A stretch of DNA of 64,000 nt. Source: Takakia lepidozioides. Its lineage: Eukaryota; Plantae; Bryophyta. The translations under genes and the position numbers were made by a program. Positions 51,401 through 61,889 of this stretch are shown one piece after another (position 1 is the first letter of the stretch; every line of letters starts with the position of its first letter). Location: positions 50,840,001-50,904,000 of the forward strand of contig CM060731.1 in the NCBI GenBank assembly GCA_030704615.1, in the 5' to 3' direction. The notes under the pieces were generated by a model. It was not told where the DNA came from. It did not search any database and saw nothing but the letters and a program-made list of their open reading frames with translations.

Positions 51401-53406
51401 ATCCCTCTGAGCCGACACCTTCATTGGCTTGTGATCCAAGTGCTCCACTTGATCCAGGTCCAACGGGTTGGGATGTCCTGGTTGTAGTCTCAACCTCAGC
51501 TGCTGGGTCTACTTCTTCATATTCTTCCTCTTCCAATTTCTTCTCTCTGTTTTCATCCTCCAAGTTCTGCCCTTGGTTTTCTTCTTCTTCACTCATGTAA
51601 CTATTTTGTAATAATGTTGGAGAGTTTGAACTCTCCGCTGGTTCTGCATCCTCCTCTTCTGCTCCCGAAACTGAAGTTCCTGCTCTTGGTGTTCCATGCC
51701 AACTCTTATCAAAGATTTCTGCCAAATCTTTTATCCAGGGATGTACCTCAGATCTTCCACCTCGTGGTTGATCTTCTTCCTCTGCCAAGTCCCTTAATCT
51801 TTCTTGCAAAGAAAAAGAAGGTGTGGTATCCAACTCTAGCTCCTCTGGTATAGGTGATGTACTCCCTGATCTCAATGGTGTGAGAGGTCCAGATGATTCC
51901 CCAATGTCTATTCCTCTCTCCCACAGGTATGGATAATGAGCTTTCAGATAACTTTCTCTTTTTGCTGAATATCTTTGGAGTCTAGCTTCTCTTTCATCAC
52001 TCATGTCCCATATCTTTCATTTCTTTTAGTGTGGCAACAACCAAAATTCTCTCCTGTAGTATTTCTCATATATGCCTGGGTTTCTTTCCAGCTTCAATGT
52101 ACCTCTGGCTATACTGGAAGTCTCCGTTACCATATAACCATATGGTAAATAAGTCTGAAAAGCTGTTCTTGGTGTAAGTTTGATCCACAAGATATCCTTT
52201 GGAATCCAATTCTTTACCAATACAAGCTCCTCATGCATATGAGTGTAAACATTCACTTTCCTTTCCTCCCAGCTTTCAAACTCTACCCGCTTAATAGATA
52301 GTAAGGCTATCACATAAACCAATGTTGGTAACCACCGTGCTCTTCCTCTACAGGCTACCTGATAAATCTTTATCAGTCCTTTCTCCAGACCCCATTCCGG
52401 ATCAGCATCATGCACTCGCTTAAGAATATTTTCTTTACAACCGTCTGGCAATTCCAAGAACCTTTGAAAGAATTGTTTGGACAATCTTTCTTCCTTCGTT
52501 CCACAGGGAATTTGATTCACTTCAAATTCTTTAATCCTCCAACCACCATGATCCCACCAGATGCCTGTCACATCTGGTTGTTCATGACTCAGTTCCCTAG
52601 TATGGTCGCCAAATGTCGCGCGGCTTCTACTCACCCATCCCTTCGCTATCCGAGGCGGAAACTCCAAGATAGAAGAGTTGGAAATCTCTAAGTACTCAGT
52701 CCGCTCCGAACAATCAGTCATGACCTACAGCTAGTGTATCATGGGGGTGTTTCCTATTTGTTTTCCTTCCCGCATTCATGTTAGCTAGTTACCTTACTGC
52801 TGGTAATTAAGTATCAGTTTGCTCCATCAACTCATCCATTCATTCCACAGCTTCACTCAGATCCCTCTACACAGTGTGAGTATGAAGTGTATATCAGATT
52901 AATATCTATCAAGTATCAAGCTAAAGTCCTGGAGTCTCTAATCTGCTCTACATTATAATTCTACTGCTTGCTATCATTAAGCATCAACAGATCCTCCTCC
53001 TACTCCGTGCTCTCCATCTTTCTGCTCAAAGATACGCTCTCTCCTCCTTTCCCCCAGTGATGTCCGAAGTCTTCCCCAAGAAGTGCCCCCCTCTCGTCTC
53101 CGCTGCCCGCTTTATCCCTTCCCCCCTGTTCTAACCGTTTTCCTTCACTAACCGTCCTCCGTGAATTACATGTTCCCCGGCAGATGTTGTTCCCCACAGT
53201 CGTTCCCTGTCATGATAACCGTTCCCTACGACTGTGACAGCTGTGTCAGACTGTGACGGCTGTTTCGGGCTGTGTCGGGCTGTGACTAGCTGTGACGGGC
53301 TGTCTTAAAAAATTAAGGGTACCCCTCAGAACCCATAGAAGTGTCGAAGTCCCAGACTCCACAGAACCTATAAAAATGCCCCAAGTCCCAGATTGCCTCC
53401 TATTAC
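48450..53406 (-). mobile_element. Ty3/Gypsy (non-chromovirus type) LTR retrotransposon, truncated within RT
   Basis: 5' LTR 53406-52614 ending CA; PBS TGGCGACCATACTAGGGA 52611-52594; extra ORF; gag 52004-50220 (YSGKGDPDVHISQF, CX2CX4HX4C knuckles); protease VLIDGGSGVN; RT start WLSPIVIVPKKNGKLRVCVNYKKLN. Stops and frameshifts present. Confidence 0.92.
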
Positions 53407-53440
53407 TCATGCTCATGCCGCTCATGAAATAGCAGCCCCC
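53407..53440 (+). mobile_element. Second copy of the ...GCCGCTCATGAAATAGCAGCCCCC terminus, interrupted on its left by the Ty3 LTR
   Basis: 26-bp identity to 10212-10237. Confidence 0.6.
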
Positions 53441-53551
53441 GGTGGTTTCAGTTCCCCTGTCACATACAGTGGTATGTCGTCAGTGAGTGCTAAAAGCAAA
53501 CAGACAGTCATGGGAAAAAGGCGGACAATAAAAGGTGAAGAAGACACTTAC

Positions 53552-54158
53552 TTGTTAATGTCATGCATTGTCGTCAACAGTGCAGTGATGTTTCCCTTGG
53601 GATCCAGCACCATTGAGGCCACATAGTAGTGCCACTCCTCCTTGGTGCTATGATATCTCTGGATCATGTTCCTCCATGCAAACAATTGATGGTTGCCATC
53701 CCAGACATGAAATATCTTGCTTGAGAAAGGCTGGGTGACGAGCCTCTTGCAATTGATAGATTCAAACTCCTCGTTTATCTGTCGCCAGATAAGATCCCAG
53801 CCTCCAACAATGGACTCATCGACCAACACCTCTTTGCCAGCGGAGTCCGCCAAGGACACATAAAAAATAGATTGACCCTCTATGTACCCATGGCAAGAAT
53901 CTTGTTCCAACTTTTGAATATCATTCGTGAGAGCTGGTTGAACGAAGGGCATGGAGATCAAACGGCATAGGGGTATCATTATTTTTCCCCCATGGACGCC
54001 ATGGCCATGATGACTTGGGCCGAATTCACTTTGGAGAAGGAAAGCAGATCTTTCGCTCTGTCTTCGTAGGGCCTGCCATCGTCCTCCTCCTCAACAACCA
54101 CCAATTCCTGCTCAATCACTTCTTCTTCTACTTGAGCAGCACCTTTCATTTTCTTCGT
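53552..54158 (-). pseudogene. ParB/Srx-like exon, paralogue of 4935-5629
   Basis: IPLCRLISMPFVQPALTNDIQKL...FYVS...KIFHVWDGNHQLFAW...MHDIN aligns with IPLCRLVSLQVVRPALPGDIDKL...FYVS...KMFYVWDGNHRLLAW...MADIN. Same phase-2 intron after DIN. Frameshift near 53979. Confidence 0.85.
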
Positions 54159-54228
54159 CTGCACTCAAAATGATATATTTTCGCATGTAAAAGAAATTGT
54201 GTGCTTCAACGCACGCAATTTTTTACCC

Positions 54229-54304
54229 AGTGGTTATCATTACTTGGAGTAATTTATAGAGTGGTTAAGGGGGCCAGTGGTTATTCCGCGTTTTTCTTCT
54301 AGTG
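54229..54304 (-). mobile_element. CACTA-type terminus directly abutting MULE transposase coding sequence
   Basis: ...GTTTTTCTTCTAGTG (= CACTAGAAGAAAAAC) with GTGGTT subterminal motifs. The next bases encode TLSSPNIKNQVN of the transposase. Confidence 0.7.
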
Positions 54305-56205
54305 CTACCTTGAGCTCGCCGAACATTAAAAACCAGGTGAATGTATTGAGGAAGGCTCTGCTAACAGAGGGTACATTGATAACATTTTTGAGTTGAAGCG
54401 ATGGAGTAGGTATGACTACATTCAAGAGAGTGTGTTCCTAGGTGAAGGGTCGAACAAAGTGTACATTTTCAAAATGTCCACAGCCAACAGCGGAGTCAGT
54501 TTTAAGTGCATGCAGAAATGTGGCGATCTTCAGAACTGTTTTCTTATGTTTGATCACGTCAAATGAGTGAAAGACTGGACTACAATGGCGTGTCATGTTT
54601 TTGATCCTTTCTACCAGCGAGTCATGACAATTTTGCGGTGTGTGACATGCAATCAGAGGATGCGGATTTGCAGCAGCTAATGTGGAGAAGTCTCATTCGC
54701 ATTATGGACTCCCAAGGTGTCCCATCTCCAAAATTTCGCCGGATTTATGGCCGACAGTGCTCAAGCAAATTTCAATGTTGTTCGCATTGTGTTTGGATCA
54801 GGAGATCCAAAAGTGCCAATGCCAGGAAGAGAGCAAACATGTCTTTTCCATTGGACCCAGTCCCTTGAGAAACATACAAAGACAAACATCAAACCGGAAA
54901 TGCAGCCTATTTATCTTAGGGGATGCAAACAGTACAAAGATGCCAAAAGCATGGCATAGGTGAATACATTGTTCCAGACAATTTGTGCCTGGTGGCTGCA
55001 TCAAAAGACAATATGAGAGCGCTAGAAAACTGGCTGGCACTTTGGCACTTCCGATACAGACAATGGGGAACATGCATGACAACGGTACGTGGATTTGAAA
55101 ACTTGCAAATTTCATTGAGTTTGTATCCATTTCCAATCATGTCTGTTGTGGTGGGGTGTGCCTGTCCTCTTTCTGATATATGTTTTTCCAATTTGCAGCA
55201 CTTCGCAATTGAGAAGATGGCGGACATGCCCTCTTGCAATCTGGCGGAGACAGTGTACAATATATGGTTGCAGCAATCTGGAAAGCGGGGCCAAGATTTG
55301 TATGTGGCGATGGCAGATGATCTGATTCGAGCTCTACTGCAACAGACAAGATATCGGAAGTTCTTGCGGGGTGGCGCTGATGACAAGGGTCCAGGCAAGT
55401 CCGAGTTGATGTTGCGAGCAGCAAGAAGATCAGGGGATCCGAACAAGATTGCCAGGGCTGTCAGCATGTGTGCGGAAGGAACTCCACTGGTGTCCAAAGT
55501 TTCCCATCTGGAGGGTGAGGAGAGATTCGGGTCTTGTAAACAGAAATTGAACACCCCTCTTGGGTTGGATGCGGACTCCCACAGGCTGGACATGGACAAC
55601 TTCTCCATGCCGCGTGTTCCATTTCATCATAGGTTCGTTTCCGGCATATCCAGTGTGGACGATCCTTTGTCACAAAGCCAAAGGCAGCCATCTCCCATAG
55701 TGAGTGCAATGGGGCAGGAGGCGAACGTGCTCCCCCCTGTGGTGGAGTTCATGTGCCCTGACGAAGTCTAGCACATAGAATGCACCACTGTTGGGTCTCG
55801 AGTGAAGTGCATCAGAGCAACCAATCTTGAGAAATGCAAGTCCTCCATATCCAGAGGCAAGGTCCGCACTCCGGCTCTGACCTTCACTGTCGTGTTACAG
55901 GCACTACGGAAGTTCCACATCCCGGGTATGGACGAATCTACACCATGATGACCTCCACATCCACTATGAACGACCGGTTGTACGACATCACAGTTTCAAA
56001 TTTCCCCAACTGCACTTGTCCTGATTTTGTTGGCATGCTTACAACAAGTTTGGGAAAGATAGGAAAATTTATACCCTGCAAGCATCTGTATTTTATCTTC
56101 TTGAATAGAATGGTTTGTGATCCCAGACGCGACATCTTCATTCACCAAGCCACCTTGAGTTTCAACGAGGTGAATACACTTATGCAGTGGGATAGGTGCA
56201 CATAA
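54305..56205 (+). pseudogene. Degenerate MULE-SWIM transposase, 5'-truncated and internally deleted
   Basis: FAGFMADSAQANFN, TCLFHW, WHFRYRQWG, MPSCNLAETV, and SWIM PNCTCPDF...CKHLY, spread over several frames. Confidence 0.9.
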
Positions 56206-56479
56206 CATCATCTTCACTTTGCTCATCTGCAAATTCCATTACTAGATTTCACAAGAGTTGAAACTTGAACTTGATGTCCCTTCGTATATTTGGTCCCAAT
56301 GCAGCCTCCAATTATGTTGTGCAATGTGTGCCATTTCTTTCTTGTGTGTAGTCGTTCGAAAATAAATGGAGTGGATGCAAATGATTTCATAAGTCGTTCT
56401 TGCATTTTAATTTCTGGTGTTTTGCATGAATGAATGCCACGGCTATAGGCCCCTCTGCTATAGGTGCTATATATTTTTT

Positions 56480-56635
56480 ATGACATGGCATCTGGCAAGT
56501 TGTCCAGATGCCACGTCATTCTGATCAGCGTAGCTACGGCGTGAGCCCAGCCCCGTGAGCCTGGGAGCTGAGCTCACGTTCAAGCTTTGAAGCGTGAGCT
56601 GAGCTCACGCTTCAGGGAAGCGTGAGCGGCATGAA
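56480..56635. repeat. Hairpin and motif cluster between two convergent MULE copies; probable element ends
   Basis: Hairpin ATGACATGGCATCTGG..CCAGATGCCACGTCAT, repeated CGTGAGC/GCTCACG motifs, and TGAGCGGCATGA. Confidence 0.55.
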
Positions 56636-56944
56636 TCTGCTGGAGAAGCAGGTCCTATAGGCGAGGATTGCAGGAAGAGGGCCTATTACCGTGGACAAAA
56701 CAAAGGAGGCCACCATGCACCATGTCTGCAATGCGTGCCAAAAAAGAGGAATATGTAAACATGTCAGATTTGAGCTCAGAATGATTGACACAGTTTATTT
56801 CAATTCACAGAGAGACGCTTACAATGAATCGCAAGTGCATTTGCCCTCACAAGTGAACGAAATGTATATGTTTGTCATAAAATGAAAAGTCTTCACACGG
56901 CAACCTGGAAACCAGCATGGGAAGCGGGCATGGCTCGTATGTGT

Positions 56945-59900
56945 TCAAAGAGAAGTTGGCGGAGCTCTACGCGAGGTGTCCCGCTGCAGAAGGGTGATGA
57001 CTTCTCCGTAGCCTAGTGTGGCTTGGTGAATGAATTGGTCTCTCTTACCGTCGCAACACATAATTACAAGGTATATGTAATATTGATGCTTGCAGGGGAC
57101 CCACTTCCCTCTCATGCCGAGAGCGCCCTCACGCATCGTTACAAAATCCGGACAAGTGCACGATGGGAAATTCCCAATGGTAACTTGATATTCTTTGGCA
57201 TGAAGAACTGAGCCAATTGACAGCACTGTGTAAATCCGTCCATACCCCGGGGAAGGGACTTCGGTGATACGAGCCACCGTAGCCTGCAAAATTCTAGCCG
57301 ATTCCATCTTGCATTCGTGATCTGCACCCGAAGCAACACGGCGCACTGTTTTTCCATCTCTTTTTGTTGGGTGGGAGTTGGCACCGGGTGGAGGCATTGT
57401 CGGAGCATGTGGCACATCTGTGCCGACAGTGCATAAGGGCACCACCCGGGACCGTGCAAGACAAAACCCTCCCTCCTCCAGCATGCTTATCTCGGTTGAG
57501 GACAGCGATGTCCCAATTTGCACAGGCCAAATTGCGGGGGGAGGGGGCTTCATTATCACGGAAGGACGAACTGTTCCCTTCACGCATCGTGCCATATCGT
57601 CTGGGCAGAACCAAAACTTGTGCTCTTTTGACTCCCCACTATGATAAGGTCGGAACAACCCTGTGAATGTTGGAGCTGGAGTCCCCCTGGAGCCTTTGCA
57701 TATTTTTGATTTGCATTTCTTGAAAGAGGGGGTCCGAATTGCCATGCAAGCCACTCTAGATCCTGGTGGGGTGCGTTCTATATGCCAGTCACTATCAATG
57801 CAATCAGATTCCTGCACCATGGCCACCACCTCCTCCAATGGGATTTCCGCTGCTATGCTTGCATGTTCCGCACCTGCTCCACAGGAGGAGGACCCACCTG
57901 GGAAGGGGCCGGCACAGGACTTAGTCTGCACTGGAGACACCTTTGGCACAGAGAAATTGACCCTGTCTGGCCTATGGGAATCTCCATCTGACCCTGGAAG
58001 AGTGTTTAATTTCCTTTTGCATGATCCAAATCTTTCCTCGCCTTCCAAATGGGGGAGCCTGGATTGCAGAGGGGAACCTTCAGTGCACCTGTTTAGAGCT
58101 CTGGCCATCTTTGACGGGTCTCCGGACCTACTCGCAGCCCTTAGCATCAACAAAGTCGAATCGGGGCCCTTCCCTCCACCCCGTCCCATCAGAAAATTGC
58201 GGTACCTGGTTTGTTGTGTAAGTGCCCGCACCATGTCATCAGCAGTGGCCACATACAAGTCACGACCTGCTTTGGTAGACTGTTGCATCCAGGCGTTGTG
58301 AACAGTCTCTGCCAAATTACACGATGGCATGTCGGCCAAGTCCTCCAAGGACATGTCCTGCAGGAGGCATTGCATGGAAATGTGAGGAAGGAAAAGAAAT
58401 GGTAGAGGTTATTCAAGTGACAATCGAACAACCCCAAATGAACAGGCACGATGCAAAGTGCAATTTGTGTTTAAGGAAAACTTGTGAGGCTTACCGTCGT
58501 CATGAAAGCTCCCCACTGTCTGTACCTGAAGTGCCAGAAAACCAACCAGTCCTCCAACTCCTTCAGGTGGATACCTGTAGCAGCACCAGCGGAGAACCAC
58601 CAAGCCCGGATTGCCTGGTAAGTGCTCTCTGCTTCTCCCATTGAGGTGGCATTCTTGTACTTCAGACAGAGCCTTCTATGCTCCAACTGAAGGTCAGGGC
58701 GAATGCAGCGCTTTGTATGACGTGCCAGAGATTGACTCCAATGGAAGAGGCATGTGCGCTCCCTATTTTCCATGGGGACCTTAGGATCCCCAGAACCAAA
58801 CACGCGCCGCACTGCATTGAAATTTGCCTGTGCACTATCAGCCATGAAGCCCGCAAAGTTTGTGTTCTGTATTCCATTGCGCTGCATGACGGTCAGGAGG
58901 GACTTCCACATGAGCATCTGGGATTCAGTGTCCTCCGACTGCATATCACAAATTGCTATGGAGAGCACACGCTGGTACGCTGGATCATACACATGGCACG
59001 CCATGGTTGTCCAACCCTTCACCCGTTTGCAGTGATCAAACATTAACCAACATTTAGCCAAATCTCCTCCAGGTTGCATTCGGCGGACAATGCTCACACC
59101 ACTGCCTTGGCCCACAGCGGACATCTTGAACAAATACACTTTGGACGAGCCCTGGCCAGGGAACATACTGTTTTGAATGAATTCATAGCGACTCCTCCGT
59201 TTGAGGTCCATAATGTTGTCCATGAATCCAGCAGTGCCTGTGCCCATTCTGAGTGCATTCACCTGGTTTCGAATATTGGGAGAGCTCAACACGGAGAAAT
59301 GGTCCATGACTGCCTCAAGGGAATCTGCATCCAGCATTGGCTGTGTCGAATCCCCTTCACCCAGTATGTGTTTTTCCAGGAATGCCTTGCTAGCTGCAAG
59401 CGCTATAGCAGAAGGTGTTGCAGAAGGGGCATTATGGAACTCTTGCTTCAGTAGATTTCTAGCGATGTCCACGCTATCCCTGCAACTCCCTTTGGACACA
59501 GGATGCTCGTGTGCACCCATATGAATGCAGGCACGAGTCATTGTCTTGCATCGATGTGCCACCTGATACATACGAGCGTGGCAAACAGAAACACAGGACG
59601 GGGAAAGTTTGCAGAACCTGCACACAAAAGTATTGGTATTGGGAGGTGCAAGCCCTGGGGTGAAAGGATTCAGGGGCACACCTTCCCACTCACTTTCGTT
59701 TGGCTGAGCGCTGTTTCTCAGCCGAGGGCAAGAAATATTCAGGCACTTGCAATGCCCAACGCAAACCGACCTCCGAAATTTCAAGCCAATGTCGTTATGG
59801 ATGTTCGAAGTTTTTGTCCTGCACCAAGGATGTCCGTCATGTTTCTTGTCCATGCCCTGCAGAAGCCCAGCCAGTCCACTGGAAGACGTGGGAGGGTTGA

Positions 59901-60516
59901 GCTCAAACAAGATGTCCCCATCAAACTGAGCTGGCACGTATTGAACACGTTGCACTGGAAGGGACTCCCAATCAACAAAACGTAGCTCGCTCTTGCACCC
60001 AGGCACACCTGCGAGGGCTTTCAATTTTGGAATGACACTTGTTATCTCGCGCAATTCGTCATCATCCAATAAGGGAGTTTGCACTGGCGGAGGAATCTCA
60101 GAAACATCCTCCGAGGACGAGTCCGAAAGAGTAACGAAGGTAGTGGATGTGCTCACCTCTTGTTTCACAGGAACTGTGCCCTTCTGTTGCACGACCGATG
60201 CTGCAGTGCCAGGGGTAACGACTGATCCTGCTGATTGTCTTCTCTCTTTTCCAAGGACACGGTATGTTCCTGGAAGGACTCTCCACTTCCTTCCACACTC
60301 GCCAACCAAGGGTTTCTCCAAGTGCCCAGAATCCAAATTCCCATCCTCGTCATACACCTCTTTCTGAACAAGCAGAGAACCCAACTCCAGCGGGAACACT
60401 GTAACCAGCTCATCCTCATGAACAACTGCATACCCATCGTCGTCTGCAGTGGCAGTCAGTGGAAGAGTACCTGCATTGGAATGGAATCGAGCGAGTGCAT
60501 CTCGCTCCCTCGACAT
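56945..60516 (-). CDS. Apparently intact MULE-type DDE transposase (about 1140 aa) with a GCM-like N-terminal Zn domain and C-terminal SWIM finger; exons 60516-58495 and 58357-56945
   Basis: Catalytic context LMFDH, FMADSAQA, CLFH, CNLAETVH. GCM-like DGHPW..TKTSN..RRSVCVGHCKC...C..C...C...MGAHEHP. SWIM YQVTIGNFPSCTCPDF...CKHQYY. Splice ACG|GTAAG...CTGCAG|GAC is in frame. The start codon is uncertain (frame open to 60939). Confidence 0.9.
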
Positions 60517-61458
60517 GTTTTCCAGCACTGAACGAAACTGCCGATGCAGAACGGAATCCCCGAACTGAGAGCCCGTAATTATCGAAAGTGGAAATACCAC
60601 CAGCAAACTGAGGTCAACAAGGGTAGCACCAAACCCAAGGCTGCCGGCGATGCATGCCAAGGATGTAGGGATGACGTGCACATTCACCTCCCACCAACCA
60701 GAAAAACGGTTTTGAAAGACCAGAGCCACAAGAAGCCGTACTGTTTTTGGATGGAAAACAAACCCTGAAATTGACATGAAACCATCCATTATGAAATGAC
60801 GGCAACAACCCTGGAGAGCAGTAAACAGGAAGATCCGATTGTAATGAGATTGTGTTGCGCCAGAATAGCACAGAACAAACACCGACACTTCAAGAGATAC
60901 CTCGCACGAATGTGTGCAACACATGGTCATATCCGACACAATCCTTTATACCGAATGACCCCATGGGGACGGTCACGGCACAAAAAAAACCACAGGGCAT
61001 GCAGCACAACACACGTGGATGCATATGTGAAGCATAACAATTATTGCGAATCTGGAAGAACTGCTCGGAATTGAAAAAGCACTACATTTCTACGGCGCAT
61101 TCGAATTTGAAAGAAGGCAAGGAGGCCGCCATGTATTGGCAGGCGGCGAAGCACATCTGACATATATCGCAAATGCATGCAACGGATATTCTTTTTCTTC
61201 GGCGCTTTATTAGCTGGGTAATACAAAGACGACAAAATGGATGAATTCCGTTCGCACACAATATCAACACCCGCATCCAAATACGGTTGACAACGTCCAT
61301 TTTTATTTTTGTTACATGCGATACCAGAACTTGTTGCAAACGTCAAACTGGAGAGCTCCAGGGGCATCGTGGGGAGCCCTTGTTTCCAGCGGAGGAGAAA
61401 GAGAAGGAAGTCATTATACTTCACGAGTTCTAGAAACAGGAATAGAGCTAGATATAGA

Positions 61459-61769
61459 ATGAGGATGGAAAGAGTGGAGGAAGAGGAAAAGGAGGAAGAA
61501 GAGGGAATACAGGAAAGTGTGGCGATGGAGGAGCAGGAATCTGGAGAAGAACAACAACCCACCATAGTTCCAGGAACAGGCGAGGAGGACACTGCGTCTG
61601 AGGGAGAGACAGACGACATGGAGGAAGATGTTGACACTGGCCTCACGAACGATCTGACCACGGGAAAGAGGAAGGGGGAGAGGCTCACCTACATAGTCGC
61701 GAAGAGAGCAGCCCCAAGCGGAAAGCGTCCCCGGCAACTGGGGAGTCTTCTCGAGTAGCTACGAAAAAG
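61459..61769 (+). other. Acidic ORF or exon divergent from the transposase; candidate first exon of a second TE gene
   Basis: MRMERVEEEEKEEEEG...KRKGER...KRPR (acidic stretch plus NLS-like motifs). TAG at 61756, then a possible donor AG|GTAAAA at 61769. Confidence 0.4.
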
Positions 61770-61889
61770 GTAAAATCCACACGACCCATATTTGTGAAGA
61801 ATTCGGCTTTGAATGGCAGGTATTTGTGAAAGAAAGAACCATTGGTCTTGCAAAATTTGGTCTTGATGTCTGTTATGTGAGGGTGAAAC

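Noticed and set aside
60517-60939. N-terminal 141 aa of the 822-aa ORF as part of the transposase
   Set aside because: The composition looks like UTR or intron read-through. The ATG at 60516 is preferred but unproven.
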